From a virus, in the IMG/VR virus record IMGVR_UViG_3300022407_006288, positions 1 through 64,000 of that record: a stretch of 64,000 nt of DNA; one strand, given 5' to 3'. A program made the translations under genes and the position numbers. Numbering within the stretch: the first letter of the stretch is position 1; each line of letters begins with the position of its first letter. Shown here piece after piece: positions 22,301-31,371 of this stretch. Below the pieces are notes generated by a model. It worked only from the letters and a program-made list of their open reading frames with translations. It was not told the DNA's origin and ran no database searches.

Positions 22301-23545
22301 GGTAACAAAAATGTATCGATTTATGCGTTCGTTCTCACCTTCGTCCCACGCATGTAACGGCTCTAGTGTACTCCAGCTAGGATCGGGTGGGTCTGGTTTA
22401 TCCCAATTAAAAAAGTTAGAAATACAGGGAGTTGTATCGTTAAAAAAGCAAACCAGGTCGCCATTAACAAGATTTATACCATGTGTGCTATTAATTTCTG
22501 ATAATTGCTCGCCCTGAACAGATGATAATAAAAACGGATTGCCAATTTGGTTGTCTACAAATCCATACTGAATATCTGATTTAAATTGAGATCCGGATTT
22601 ATAAAGTGGTATATTGGCATCAAATTGTATAATGGGTCTTACCCCACTTGTGGCATTTGCGGGAAATGCTGACTTGGTTACACCAATAGATTTATTAATG
22701 GTTTCTAGATGAAACCATTTATTTGTTCTAGACCATGCATTTCTGTCTATACAGCCTCGCTCAATAGTTATATAATCACCCGAATTAGGTACTGCCTGTG
22801 TATCCCATGTATTTGCATCCCAGTAATAATTTTGAATAAGTCTTCCGTTTGATAGTGTTGTAGCCCCGTCCCACGGTAAATTTTCATATATTGTGCCCGG
22901 TGTGAAGTCCGGAAACTGCGGAACAAGTGCAATACCAACACAGCCGCCCATATTTTCAACTGTATGCGGTGAAGAATAAGCAGGATCAGCAGACAGCGTA
23001 ATTCTCATACCTGTTGATAGTGTTAGATTTGGCGGTGTAGCAGTTGATGGTGTTGTGTAAGTTGATTTACCAATAATGTCTACAGCCGTTATAGGAGGCT
23101 GATTTTCACCGGCTGTTATAATTATTTCGGGAAGCCCTTGCTCAACCCAATAATAATTTTGATAGTTAATAAACATGTCATAATCAATTGGCGGTCCAAA
23201 GCTGTAATATTCTGATTCAAACAGTCTATCTTGATTTAGAGTATTGCCACCATAATAATCAATTTTCTCTAATAAATCACTGTAAAAGAAGATATTACTT
23301 TTTGTAGTGTCTGCATCCCTTGCAAATGCAGTGGCTTCTAATTGCCACCATGTTCTATCTTTAGACGGCTCGGGCAGATAAAAATCAGTAATGGGATTAT
23401 AACTGCCTGGATTTCTGCGACCAATATAACCAGCAAGTAGGTCGCTATCTTTCTTTGAAAATACCTGATCAAAGGTAGCATCAAAGAATTTCTTCTCTGT
23501 TGTGGTTTGAAAAACTGCTGGTAATCGAGTTATGTATTGAGTCAT
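13394..23545 (-). CDS. Very large virion structural protein, probably baseplate wedge (gp7-like position)
   Basis: 3383-aa uninterrupted ORF directly downstream of gp6-like gene; WD..WD motifs and GSGY-type beta repeats. Confidence 0.6.
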   Translation of the reverse strand: MTQYITRLPAVFQTTTEKKFFDATFDQVFSKKDSDLLAGYIGRRNPGSYNPITDFYLPEPSKDRTWWQLEATAFARDADTTKSNIFFYSDLLEKIDYYGGNTLNQDRLFESEYYSFGPPIDYDMFINYQNYYWVEQGLPEIIITAGENQPPITAVDIIGKSTYTTPSTATPPNLTLSTGMRITLSADPAYSSPHTVENMGGCVGIALVPQFPDFTPGTIYENLPWDGATTLSNGRLIQNYYWDANTWDTQAVPNSGDYITIERGCIDRNAWSRTNKWFHLETINKSIGVTKSAFPANATSGVRPIIQFDANIPLYKSGSQFKSDIQYGFVDNQIGNPFLLSSVQGEQLSEINSTHGINLVNGDLVCFFNDTTPCISNFFNWDKPDPPDPSWSTLEPLHAWDEGENERINRYIFVTNVMPNGSVLFYPKTSYLPSQTVDDGDIVFINKDAPYRGGSKRGQSWYYTIDLDNILDLGTWNRAYNDKDRVNQPPLFELYDYKGIALEEYPDSSFTGGNKIFSYKPNTSPGATVDPVLGFPIVYTSLGLSSDIVFQNNLITDRYTYTGSNNTIQIRLPIEGYYYYKTRTSSTLKNGWNLYDPCPCADITPAPPSNCINLSKQRVINQYVVGYGTEYQFELSVTPYGYPATAIQSPDIIVLVNSAQINPYDSATNPLGYTLIEIKNNIYVNLYAYLTQLLLTTQLVPPVVEIQTYTQDLLDPTASGYFQIPQQLEANPTQLEVTDISASNLIQQFSSIISNQIGFSGVAFGGNNNYRDSRKNGSVGLYILQNLAPALKSMLVSSSDDLDFIASIRFSQDEYTKFKNKYLTVALQLINQEFNPRRYQDGTIDISIWVGQILKVLNISKEFSNSFAYSYMAASGVPTFSQVVTVPSSGLVTLEDYIDLDDLKNVMYVYDISDLDLPNMLLVGKDYSVIDSRDIIEVKLSNQYSGKTLAFYLYKDPLSTYIPSTPSKLGTYSTYIPRIELDTSYAIPTDIIIGHDGSKTIAYNDYRDQLLLEIERRIYNGIVTKFRDEYYVPLRVESVKSGYFRQTRYSRQEYLAITESYLNKWSAKNKANYRANDWVSASKITPVTEKWKLYNYRDALNGIGHWDIFGWDNLGYDQTLNLPGNWKGIFQYFYDTYYPNTRPWEMLGLSQQPSWWIEEYGAPVTLVGQSVWTSTSQGLHNMWADLEAGIIRQGPSAIYDPNTLQVQSQPMWARPGLSSIIPVDSAGMIISVPAIFNISIASNDAPFKGFDAEWVYGDGAPVEQAWMSTSAYAYSTQEFLYLMRPGPFGELLWDTLGTTLLPGQLIIPDIKSPVMSDTDWQYVQNDKFKSTDPLYLWMRPKNKDQIVHAEIVDSVVQIRLGYQSWVSDRILFLGKDVATTFGQKIRTLDVNLANKFAGFTNKDTTNTYIESISPGTTTNTLIIPSNNFNVLLHKSPAVDTYSYSGVIIRGLGDGTFAIYGYDLLNASFKTLNRTNNQLIDISVGGTPEEFQYFTSGATYKTGDIVRYNGVYYRSLSTQTVQGFISKAWQKLRSLPISGGVSVTYRPISDTTITSYAYGTIFDTPQQVFDFLIGWGAWLETQGWQFQDVNEDTNQINDWLASAKQFLFWLNTSWAVDASIQLSPLANSATLIVKRGYPDDVETLTNGIYSILDKYGVAIAPVDTTVNRDGPLITVSPANLSVGGIYFLQVNASETEHILIFDNTTSFNDVVYSPLLRARQQRLRFNGFRSNSWYGKMEAPGYLVIADQLVPNFDTIVSDMRYYYDSNYVIDNPSLEDLGRHLIGYESKSYLDNLQVSNDVQYLFYQGAIRQKGTKQALEKLFKSSQIRGTGNDEIVDVYEEWALKLGEFGNTVEQVSTEFTIKPEQNTGEVIVTRLNFVPSTIGFVREINILNSQNTYTRVPKIVIDAPDISSDNPALKHPIRQATAYAVLDSEKRIARIDIIEPGYGYSYAPVVVIDSGNEQNNLDRLYSVWQGEIIVDTTLDNIIDISIDEIDVWKVRPTNPSYSLEFPVTNRTEYSTPNAGYVNFNDVTYSRFDVNQTAVTWGTDSFNPVELETIWVAKTFTEDWGVYKLVNIAPETFDVYADANNDLFLRTDSSYLITPQFSTTGDVTDFGNMIVLQVIEAQATIDSVVDITAGAITSITLTKTGANYSAVPTVTITSDTGVDATAVATIAGGIVTGIVITNGGSGYVSATVTISPPTSVGGDTNYTVGFTFDSVQTDSANDGKNYYNLITLTGNPISATDIPQFNNFTKLMLFKTMRFMTIPALQTPSYISVSDKIWADAATVEISGDNPGPRWGVYTCTYTPESGIGFTAFRTQQPLINNSLFQSASVFNTKGTELVQLPIYDPFKAILPGPARQNITYMTLIDPASYNVTSNPRLFSENITFGEQQVGRLWWDLSQVKYVYYEQPIAQDGSETENDNLVYRRNRWGQIFPGSAIAIYEWVKSPVPPEQYTGTGIPRDITTYVELVTSNRFTNITETNYYFWVLNTTDQPNIENRTMAALDVSLMLQSPRSRGFAFFCPIQQTTTNNSYMFYNVQEILAYQGNNVQIQYRVSLRDDQKHAQWAFFREGDTKSVVTPQYWDKMTDSLCGYTQLLPVTDKFSNSIVIANNLPWDIFGWDISKYDQATLTSVPEYGQILPVPDPLLSNAEKYGILYRPRQSMFVKLQAARKVFVQAANSLLKYIPVRDTIPAWNSSFQTNSEGIYWQYTNWYEKGYENVTPSVIYASKAEVDIALLAGLLQLGDIVENKNNASITNPGGNGRYILYAVIKDPVDTTKLSLETVGLQNSAIELMSTVYTATDEYNLSTTLRELLNSFRNEIMTNTYFIDQNELFFSMLNYVLSEQKNPNWLFKSSYIYIKETNLKLSQDQLYVPDQITNIIDYIKDSKPYHTQIRDYTSVYTHLDTTLGTVEEFVKANFILQFGGKYSSGQYVNTPQNTLTPTVGWDIDYDKDYDEFLWDASSLADIVPQFVSVNNTVADFIPDPNDDWPTVNTISLAGTYNPSKNNGMSHLYPSTFTLSNSNLYLNSPQTFISPANIVSVQNNGIALSNGEDFYVEVDNTSLTNTTYTIYFYNDPGSTQSPPFKDLVALLLWDGGQLTILQGNIPRSEIAMGFPTTNLVINVDTKLPVNISTGVPTPYLGWGDVWESVDGPIADVLIGEGGSEYVTWDPVLEVEILANTISFKEHTNIFDGTEFYRNAEIDSGTLVSDIPWPTAGITDNTEVITVTADTDIFPDPDDLDGAAFWIGGERIEYKLKEPVVGQTNVWELKLIRRATQGTSAVEHNVMIPSLEDPLVLVKNPVWIEKDNIIPEGANITVWNASRLPAKADGASAFGASFGYNAWGQFIWGNQYTSIEDVPLGGLWYAQTPEAVFLTESQGISIP

Positions 23546-23569
23546 TTATACGTCCGGTATAGGTAAGTG

Positions 23570-26500
23570 TTACACACGAAGATTTTGTTCTGTTAAATTG
23601 GCCACTATTTGTACATTATTTACTGTGGCAGTTGACATAAACAGCTCACTTGGGCTCGATATAATTTCAAACAAATTGCCAAATTGCGAGTTTGCATTAT
23701 TGGGAACAATAACTACTGTACTAATTATCAAAGATAATTGCTGGTGTATAAAAGAGGCCAGCTCTGTATAAAAGAATGTTTCTCCAAAATCCCAGTTTCT
23801 GATATCAAAATATGCATCAATTGACTGAACAACTTTTGTTTTTACTTCGTTATCGCTGATATTTGTTGACGGCGATTTAACAACTTTAAATGTTGCTTGC
23901 AATTCAGTTGCTGCTTGTGTCCCAAATAATAATTTAAACGATCCAGAATTCCATACCATATCATCACTTAACATTTTGTACTGATTTAAATCCTGGAATT
24001 GAATTCTAAGTTCTTCTGTAGTTGGAGGCGTTGGTTGTGTTATTAATGTACCATTACTATTTTTCCAGATTAACATGTCTCTATAATAGCTCTCAGTAAT
24101 AACAATCATGTCAATAATATTGGTTGCTGACGGGTCAACTCGTTGATCAATGGGGGCATAGTGACTCCACTTGAAATATAAGGGCAATCTCTGATCAATT
24201 GGAACTGATGTATTTTGTGTAAATGTTTTTCCATTCTTGTCAAAATATGCTGTATTGACAGATGCTAATGTAATATTTCCTGTAGGATAATATGTTGTAT
24301 TCAGTGTCGTGCTTGATGACAAAGTATAATATACTCCAAATCCTGGCGCATTTGTGGATATTAAAAACACTTTATTATAAAAATACTTTGTTAGAATATC
24401 GCTTTTGCTATCTAAATTATCTGTATCATTATTGGTAGCTGATGTCATCCAGGGAAATACGCCGATATTATTAAAAAATGCTGAAAGCTGATTTGATATG
24501 TTTATGGTTGCCGGCGTAACAGAATCAAATAATATTTGACTTGTATTATTAATAAAAATTAAATCTGCAGTATCCATATATACATACTTAAATCCGCCAA
24601 CTGTGACCGATAATGGATTAAGTATATCGTCTTGATTTGTTAATTCCATGTTGGCAATGTACGGAGAACTATAAAGTTGAGTAGGATTCTGTGGATCTAC
24701 AGGAAAGTAAACATAAATACTATCTGTAGTATCCTGCAATGTTATATCCCAGTTACATATCCATGGTCGAGAATTTTGATATCCTGTAATTTCATTTGTA
24801 TAAAGTTCGAATACAGCTCTGTCCGAAGGAGACACAATTTCGTTGAATCCCTTGGGATTATCCGGAATACCGTCGTTATTGGTATCAATTAAAGATACAG
24901 CAATTTTTGAAGTATCAACATATCCGTCGTCTTGTGTATATACGCCTGTAAGATTAAATACAACTCCGTTAGACAAATACGACTGGCTAGGGTCTACAAT
25001 TATTGGATCATTATTATTAATTGAGCTATTTGTATTAATAAACGGCATAATTTCAATACTGTCTTGCAATGCTAATCCGGATGCGCTATCTATAACTACC
25101 TGATTTGGCTCCCAATAAAACCTAACGTCTCTGTATGACTCAAATATAAATGCTCGGCCGCGGGCTGTTAGACTATATGTTGTAGAGCCTACTTGATTAT
25201 TGCTAGAAATAGCAACATACAGCATGCCGCTGTTGGGGTAAGATTCCCAGCTAGATGATAATAATTCCTGATTATATCCTATAACTGTTGGTGGTGGATA
25301 TTTAAATGGCTGTGCTGCTTGATTTGATATGCCTGGTGTAGATGTAGTAGATGTACCCCAGGAATCTGCTAGCACATCATAATACATGTAAAAAGAAATG
25401 CCATTATCAACTGCCCCTAAAATTTTAAGAATTTCTGCTCTTGTTAAAACATTTCTAAATATGGGATATACCTTAACTGCTTGTATTGTGTTATTTTCTT
25501 CAAGGCTCAGCTCCACCGGCCCAATATTTGCAAAAGGATTTACAGAATTTAGAGACGGTAGTCCGTTTGATATTACAGTGTTGACTGAGGCAGTACTTGT
25601 TGGTCTGTATGTAACACCATTATCTGAAAATTCTAAAACAGCACCCGATCGTATAAAGCTCCATGCCTGATATACAGTACCGTCTGTGTTGACGGCGGTA
25701 TTTGCTATATTTATGGGCTCATTTTCTAAAGAAACTGCCGCTGCAGTTGATGCTTGGCTGCTGGTAAAATACCCGGTATCATTTTTAAATTTTGTTGGAC
25801 TTGTTTTCCAGTATAAGCTTGCCGATGGATCGGTCCCTGTGGGCACTAAATCTAATAATGATCGTCCTGTATTTGGGGGGTTTACTCGAATAGTAGCTTC
25901 AAATTGAGGAATATAGGCATCATAAAAGAACGCAGATACTTTATTATCTCTAAGCATTTCTTGAATAGTATTAATGAGAATATTTTCTACTGTGGTACTA
26001 TTTGTTGTGGTACTATTTGAGGAATCTTTAATGACTTCAGTAAGTATATTTTGATTATCTCTATAAAGTGTGCCGTCCTCGCCGAATATAATTAAATCTT
26101 TATGGAAACCTGTGGGATCATTTAAGTCAATGTAACGGCTTTGCCCACTAAATGTACGATTAATTGCCTGTAACTTTGAAATTTGATTTCCGTAAATTAA
26201 CGGAAGCACATTGTAATCACTTCCGTTAACCATGCGAGACTGTGTTGAAAATACCTCTGGGGCACGCAATTTGATCTGCTCATCAGTTTCTGTAGCAGCA
26301 GCATTACCAATAGTCTGCTCAAGATTAAAAATAATACGAAGAGTATATTGCTGCTGATCAAATCCAATATATGGGATATTGATTTGCAGTCCTTGCGCGT
26401 CAGCCGGGCGAATTACCAATGCTTGATTGGCGCTCACACGTACCCATGTTCTAAATAGGCCGGTTGGAATATTACCAAAATTACCATCAGCAAAGCGCAA

Positions 26501-27523
26501 AGTAACAGTATCATTGGCGCCAGAAATAACATCAAATATATTCCTCTCTCCAAGCTGTATGCTGTTATATATAATATTTTCGCCGGCCAGTGCGGGTACT
26601 CTTAGCCATTTGCTTATTACAGCACCCGACTGATCTGTTTCTTGCACATATACATCGGTCTGATTAATATTTTGTATATCAACGGGAAATAATCTGTTAG
26701 GTACAGGAAATTCAAAATTGCTATCAATGTTTATTAAATTACCCTGTTTAAAATATAAAAAGAATCCTGTGTTTGCCGAAGATACACCTAAACTATCATT
26801 TCTGTAAATAAAATTAAATGCATTGGCAGGATCGGGGTCTCTTTCAAAAATTGTTTCATTGGGTATAAAATTCGGATTACAAATGTCAATTGGGTAAACC
26901 TGCCCGTTAATTGTTATAGAAATACCGTAAGTTACATTTAGTTGCAAAATATTATTTAACTGATATAAATCAGTCGGTATCGAACCAATAACTCCGCTTT
27001 TTGTAGGACGCCCAAAAGGATTCAATGTACTAAATGCAGCATTACATATTTGTGTAAACTGATCAAACCAATCGGGATTATTGGGGTCATTCCAGAACAC
27101 AGTAGTATCATTGATGTTTATGCCGTTTGCATCAGTCAATGGCTGATCGGTCTGGACTGCTGCAATTTTAAATAAACCACTTGCCGGGATATTACGCCTC
27201 GGCACATAATTGACCATTTGTGCAAGACGGATAATGCTTTCTCTGCGTGTAGCAGTATCAATAAAATTTTCTCTACTGTTTAGGTCTGTTCTAAAAGCAA
27301 GACTTGTACCAAAGTATGCAAGTAATTCAATAATTGCAATAAATTCAGAACTTTCAATATAATCGTTAAAATCTTCAGGATAATATGCTTGTATATAATT
27401 TATTAATGCCTGCTTGAGTGTATCAAAATCGTAGGCTGTATAATCAATAAATGCGTATGCTTTAAATACCTTACGGTAATCTTCTGCCGAAAATAAATTT
27501 GATTGTCTAATTGCTCCGCTCAT
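23570..27523 (-). CDS. gp6: Baseplate wedge subunit, T4 gp6-like
   Basis: DFDTLKQALINYI...DFNDYIESSE..A.IELLAY...ENFIDTATRRESI.RLA..VNY.PRR. Confidence 0.85.
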   Translation of the reverse strand: MSGAIRQSNLFSAEDYRKVFKAYAFIDYTAYDFDTLKQALINYIQAYYPEDFNDYIESSEFIAIIELLAYFGTSLAFRTDLNSRENFIDTATRRESIIRLAQMVNYVPRRNIPASGLFKIAAVQTDQPLTDANGININDTTVFWNDPNNPDWFDQFTQICNAAFSTLNPFGRPTKSGVIGSIPTDLYQLNNILQLNVTYGISITINGQVYPIDICNPNFIPNETIFERDPDPANAFNFIYRNDSLGVSSANTGFFLYFKQGNLINIDSNFEFPVPNRLFPVDIQNINQTDVYVQETDQSGAVISKWLRVPALAGENIIYNSIQLGERNIFDVISGANDTVTLRFADGNFGNIPTGLFRTWVRVSANQALVIRPADAQGLQINIPYIGFDQQQYTLRIIFNLEQTIGNAAATETDEQIKLRAPEVFSTQSRMVNGSDYNVLPLIYGNQISKLQAINRTFSGQSRYIDLNDPTGFHKDLIIFGEDGTLYRDNQNILTEVIKDSSNSTTTNSTTVENILINTIQEMLRDNKVSAFFYDAYIPQFEATIRVNPPNTGRSLLDLVPTGTDPSASLYWKTSPTKFKNDTGYFTSSQASTAAAVSLENEPINIANTAVNTDGTVYQAWSFIRSGAVLEFSDNGVTYRPTSTASVNTVISNGLPSLNSVNPFANIGPVELSLEENNTIQAVKVYPIFRNVLTRAEILKILGAVDNGISFYMYYDVLADSWGTSTTSTPGISNQAAQPFKYPPPTVIGYNQELLSSSWESYPNSGMLYVAISSNNQVGSTTYSLTARGRAFIFESYRDVRFYWEPNQVVIDSASGLALQDSIEIMPFINTNSSINNNDPIIVDPSQSYLSNGVVFNLTGVYTQDDGYVDTSKIAVSLIDTNNDGIPDNPKGFNEIVSPSDRAVFELYTNEITGYQNSRPWICNWDITLQDTTDSIYVYFPVDPQNPTQLYSSPYIANMELTNQDDILNPLSVTVGGFKYVYMDTADLIFINNTSQILFDSVTPATINISNQLSAFFNNIGVFPWMTSATNNDTDNLDSKSDILTKYFYNKVFLISTNAPGFGVYYTLSSSTTLNTTYYPTGNITLASVNTAYFDKNGKTFTQNTSVPIDQRLPLYFKWSHYAPIDQRVDPSATNIIDMIVITESYYRDMLIWKNSNGTLITQPTPPTTEELRIQFQDLNQYKMLSDDMVWNSGSFKLLFGTQAATELQATFKVVKSPSTNISDNEVKTKVVQSIDAYFDIRNWDFGETFFYTELASFIHQQLSLIISTVVIVPNNANSQFGNLFEIISSPSELFMSTATVNNVQIVANLTEQNLRV

Positions 27524-27571
27524 GTTAATTTCTCGCTATTTAAATGATTATAAATCTGCTGGTAACACATT

Positions 27572-27991
27572 TTAAAAAGTTTCTTTATCTTTAAGAGAAA
27601 ATGTCACATACATGCTATCTGTTATTGATTCTGGCCTAAACAATAAAACCATAACAATTGTTAACGCCTGATCTTCTTGAAACACATCAATTGATACTAA
27701 TGATACCCTAGGTTCCTCTTCGATAACTCTTATAGCATCCTCAATAATCATATCCTTGGTATATTGATCAAAAGGATCAAATAAGTAATTAAAAATATTT
27801 GATCCAAACGACGGGAGCATGACTCGCGAACCCATTGGTGTAGCAAAATGATTATTGATATCTCTTTTTATAAGTTCGATATTAGTCAACGAATACGGTG
27901 GATTAGGTTGGCCTACTGTGTTAAAACCAACAAAATAGGGTGTTCTTGTAACACGTTGTTGTTGTACGAGCCCAGATTGATTAGACGCCAT
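27572..27991 (-). CDS. gp25: Baseplate wedge subunit, gp25-like
   Basis: DINNHFATPMGSRVMLPSFGS.I...LFDP...EPRV motif. Confidence 0.88.
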   Translation of the reverse strand: MASNQSGLVQQQRVTRTPYFVGFNTVGQPNPPYSLTNIELIKRDINNHFATPMGSRVMLPSFGSNIFNYLFDPFDQYTKDMIIEDAIRVIEEEPRVSLVSIDVFQEDQALTIVMVLLFRPESITDSMYVTFSLKDKETF

Positions 27992-28007
27992 ATAATTCCC
28001 TTTTTGT

Positions 28008-28015
28008 TATTTATC
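28008..28015 (-). promoter_or_regulatory. Late promoter GATAAATA
   Basis: TATTTATC upstream of gp25-like start. Confidence 0.7.
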
Positions 28016-28037
28016 AAGAGAATTAAGTGCTACTATA

Positions 28038-28835
28038 TTATCCGTATCTGCGTAGCCCGGGGCTATAATTATTACGGTACATGGTTAGTACTTTACTGGG
28101 GCTTGTTATTGGTCGCCCCCCAGCCTTATTAAAACTCAAGTGATACCACACAAGCCCGGTTTTGTCACTGTGCTCATATATAAACTGATCGTAGGGTATA
28201 TTATCTTTGACCCACATGGCATTATCCCAGTATTTTGCATATGTCCACCCGTAAAATTGTATATCCATGGCCTGGCCGGTAATATGCTGACTTATGCCAT
28301 TTGGGGTTGATGTTTTATTTCTAAGTGCAGAATTAATATTAAATGATCCAAATTTAGCACGTAAAGGTTCGGCTATATTTACTGCTAAATTTTGTAAATT
28401 ACAAAATCTTTCTTGCTTTGTGTATGAAAAGTAATCAATAAGCTGGTTTGGGAATACAGCATTAATAGTAAATTGGCGTAATTTAAAATTTGGACTTAGT
28501 TGAATATCATAATTTACGCCATCCCATATATCGCACGACACTGGTTGCCCATTACCGCCCCTACTGGGTGTATCAACAGTTTGTTGTGCGGGTTCCGGAA
28601 TGGGTGGCGGCAAAGCAGTTTGTACAGGCGGGGTTCCGGCAGGTGTACTGGGTAATTGTACACCGCTCGAACCTTTTGTATTATTACCATTTGCTATATT
28701 TTCGGTATGTTCATCTAGTGTTGGATCGCCCTGATCTCCACTTACAGTTGATAGCAATACCTGCGCATTTTGAAAGGTACTAGTTGACAGTGTTACCCCG
28801 CCCACAGTGATAGTTGGTGCTGCACATCCGCTCAT
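28038..28835 (-). CDS. Zinc peptidase M15 family (peptidoglycan peptidase)
   Basis: LSPNFKL..F, INSALR, SQHITGQAMD (H-x6-D) and WYHLSF metal ligands; Pro-rich N-terminal linker. Confidence 0.85.
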   Translation of the reverse strand: MSGCAAPTITVGGVTLSTSTFQNAQVLLSTVSGDQGDPTLDEHTENIANGNNTKGSSGVQLPSTPAGTPPVQTALPPPIPEPAQQTVDTPSRGGNGQPVSCDIWDGVNYDIQLSPNFKLRQFTINAVFPNQLIDYFSYTKQERFCNLQNLAVNIAEPLRAKFGSFNINSALRNKTSTPNGISQHITGQAMDIQFYGWTYAKYWDNAMWVKDNIPYDQFIYEHSDKTGLVWYHLSFNKAGGRPITSPSKVLTMYRNNYSPGLRRYG

Positions 28836-28857
28836 AGATTATTTCCTTTTAATAAGT

Positions 28858-31371
28858 TTATGCTGAGAATTTTTTATCACACCCAGTTGTGTCAATATTT
28901 CTTGTAATCATTGTTATAATATTTGGTCCACGTTTTCCCACCTGGGTAAACCATAAAGAATTTTTTAGTGCAACACCGGCAGCATCATAATTTCCAGCTT
29001 TCATGGCTGCTATAAAGTTTTTAAATTTTGACAGTCGATTTTCTCCCATGTTGTAGCATAAATCGGCACATGCACGTTTTCTAATATCAGTCAAGTCTCC
29101 CCAAGTATCTGTACCTATTAGTCGTTGTGCACCGGCAATTGATATGGGTGCATCTGACTGAAACCATGCTGAAACTTGGCTTTCCGAAATAGGAGTGGGT
29201 ATGGGAAATAAAGAAACTTCGTTTGCTCTTAATAAATGCCCAATTCCGCCTGTGGGTAAATTTACACTATCCAGATAAGAAACATACTTAACGCCTTCGT
29301 GTATTTTTAACTGGCACTCATATGCCGCCATGTTAAAGTCTTTGGCCACAGCACTGGCAGACGGTGGGTCACCAGCAACCATTGTGTTATTTGCGCCTGG
29401 ATCCGTGTTTGTTGCAGGTGATACTTTTGCTTCGTTGCCTGCGCCGCCGGAGCCTTGATATGTTTGTGATCCCTCAGTTTGTGCGGGAGCATACCCGGTT
29501 ACAGATGTTAACTTAAATTTTTCATGTTCCGGACACGGCTCATATGTGGGCAATCTAGATACTGTTGTGCTTACAGCTTCCGAATTTCTTTTAAATTTTG
29601 AATTGGGGTCGATCCATGTTGCAAGGACATTGATCTTGCTATTGAGTGGTTTTATTTCTGCCGGCGGTGATGTAACGGCAGACTGAGCGGGTTCAGACGG
29701 AGCAGGATCGGCAAGTGTGGCTGAGTTAGGTGGGACTGGAGAAGCGGGTGATTGACGTGGTTGGCCAGTTGCGTACAATGTACCGCCAACCTTTGTGTCT
29801 CCACCAATGCCCACTGTGCCCGAAAATAATGTGTCTGAAGTAACACCGAATGCACTAGCAGATAATAATGTACTATCGGTTGACTTTAGTTCTATTGTTT
29901 TGTCTGATGTTAATAAAGTACTGTCAACTGATGTTAGTTGAATTTTTCCTCCGGCAGACAAAAGTGTATCTGCGCCAGATGCTGCTTGAATTTTATCAAA
30001 CGCTTTTAAGTTCAAACTTGCACTTGTGCAAACAATAACATCCTCTAAGCCCACAACGGAAATTTGCCCCTGTGAGCCAACTCTAATATTACCCTTGGCT
30101 GCTATATCAACTGCTGCACTGGTTGTTAATTTAATACCTTGTTTTGCATTATAATCCTGTCCACCATTTACTGTTGTTAGTACAAGTGCATTACCAATTT
30201 TAATATTCATGTTATTGTCAGTAACAGTTAAATATGCTGTATTTTTAGTTGTACTTTGCCAGTTGTTAAGAGCTTGCATGACAATATTACCACCCTGCCC
30301 TTTGCCTTCGCCTTTGTATTTCCAAACAGGTATTGTTTTTTTCTGTGGAACATTGGTAACATCGTAGGTGAACGTGGTAGTTTCTTCGGTCGTATCTTTA
30401 GCAGCTTTCATGAATATATTTTGACCAGCTTCAATATTAATATTTCTATCTGCGCGAATATTAACGTCTCTTTGTGCACGCATGGATATATCTGTTGCAC
30501 CAAAAATATCAATATTACCGTGCTGGTCCATTTGTACCCATGCGGTACCATCTCTATTAATTAAATAAACAAATCCGTTGGTTTCATCTAATTTAATTTG
30601 TGCCCCTGTTTTTGTAGTAAGCTGTACATATTCTGTTCCATCGCCATCATCCATGATAAATGATGACCCCCCTTTTCTGCGTATCCTTGACGGAGTTGCA
30701 GTTGAATCAATAACCGGCCCGGGGGTGATAATACCAAATACATTACTGGGTGCCTCTCTTCTTGCACTTGATGTTGTGACTCCCCGAGACTTATCAGTTA
30801 TCAGTCCCTGGTTTCCTAGTCCTTCAAACTTTGTTTTTTCGTATGGTTTAAATGCTCGATCAGGCTGTGTTATTTTTGAATCCTGCTTGTTATATTCGGC
30901 AACAGGTATATCTTTTCCCGGATACTGATGACTGCTGATACTGGATGCCATGCCCGGAATCATGTTGTTCATATACTGCCCGTATAAACAGCCAATCCAA
31001 ATTCCGCGATGTGCCTCGCCGTTAATAAACATTACAAGAACTTGGTTATTAATGTCCGGTGGTACCATCCACATACCGTATGATGTTTGTGTGCCATCAA
31101 AAGATTCTAGATTTGCTTTACTATTAGTCTCTACATTTGTTGCACCGGCAAAAGGAGAACAATAACTGGCAGTAATCCAACCATCGGGGTTTTCGGGTGC
31201 AGACCCAAACTCTGATATCCAGACTTTTATTCTGCCATTTCTTTGAATGTCACTTGTATCTTTAACAAACCCCATAAAGACACCAAATAGTGCCGTCATT
31301 CTGCCGCCGGGCTGAAATAAATCGTTTTTTGTGGGTGACGTGGTTCTGGTATGTGTATCTAAGTAGGCCAT
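28858..31371 (-). CDS. gp5: Baseplate hub/central spike with C-terminal T4-type lysozyme (gp5-like)
   Basis: N-terminal OB-fold (GRIKVWI..., YGMWMVPPDINNQVLVMF), beta-helix repeats, LKIHEG....YLDSVNLPTGGIGH lysozyme triad. Confidence 0.85.
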   Translation of the reverse strand: MAYLDTHTRTTSPTKNDLFQPGGRMTALFGVFMGFVKDTSDIQRNGRIKVWISEFGSAPENPDGWITASYCSPFAGATNVETNSKANLESFDGTQTSYGMWMVPPDINNQVLVMFINGEAHRGIWIGCLYGQYMNNMIPGMASSISSHQYPGKDIPVAEYNKQDSKITQPDRAFKPYEKTKFEGLGNQGLITDKSRGVTTSSARREAPSNVFGIITPGPVIDSTATPSRIRRKGGSSFIMDDGDGTEYVQLTTKTGAQIKLDETNGFVYLINRDGTAWVQMDQHGNIDIFGATDISMRAQRDVNIRADRNINIEAGQNIFMKAAKDTTEETTTFTYDVTNVPQKKTIPVWKYKGEGKGQGGNIVMQALNNWQSTTKNTAYLTVTDNNMNIKIGNALVLTTVNGGQDYNAKQGIKLTTSAAVDIAAKGNIRVGSQGQISVVGLEDVIVCTSASLNLKAFDKIQAASGADTLLSAGGKIQLTSVDSTLLTSDKTIELKSTDSTLLSASAFGVTSDTLFSGTVGIGGDTKVGGTLYATGQPRQSPASPVPPNSATLADPAPSEPAQSAVTSPPAEIKPLNSKINVLATWIDPNSKFKRNSEAVSTTVSRLPTYEPCPEHEKFKLTSVTGYAPAQTEGSQTYQGSGGAGNEAKVSPATNTDPGANNTMVAGDPPSASAVAKDFNMAAYECQLKIHEGVKYVSYLDSVNLPTGGIGHLLRANEVSLFPIPTPISESQVSAWFQSDAPISIAGAQRLIGTDTWGDLTDIRKRACADLCYNMGENRLSKFKNFIAAMKAGNYDAAGVALKNSLWFTQVGKRGPNIITMITRNIDTTGCDKKFSA

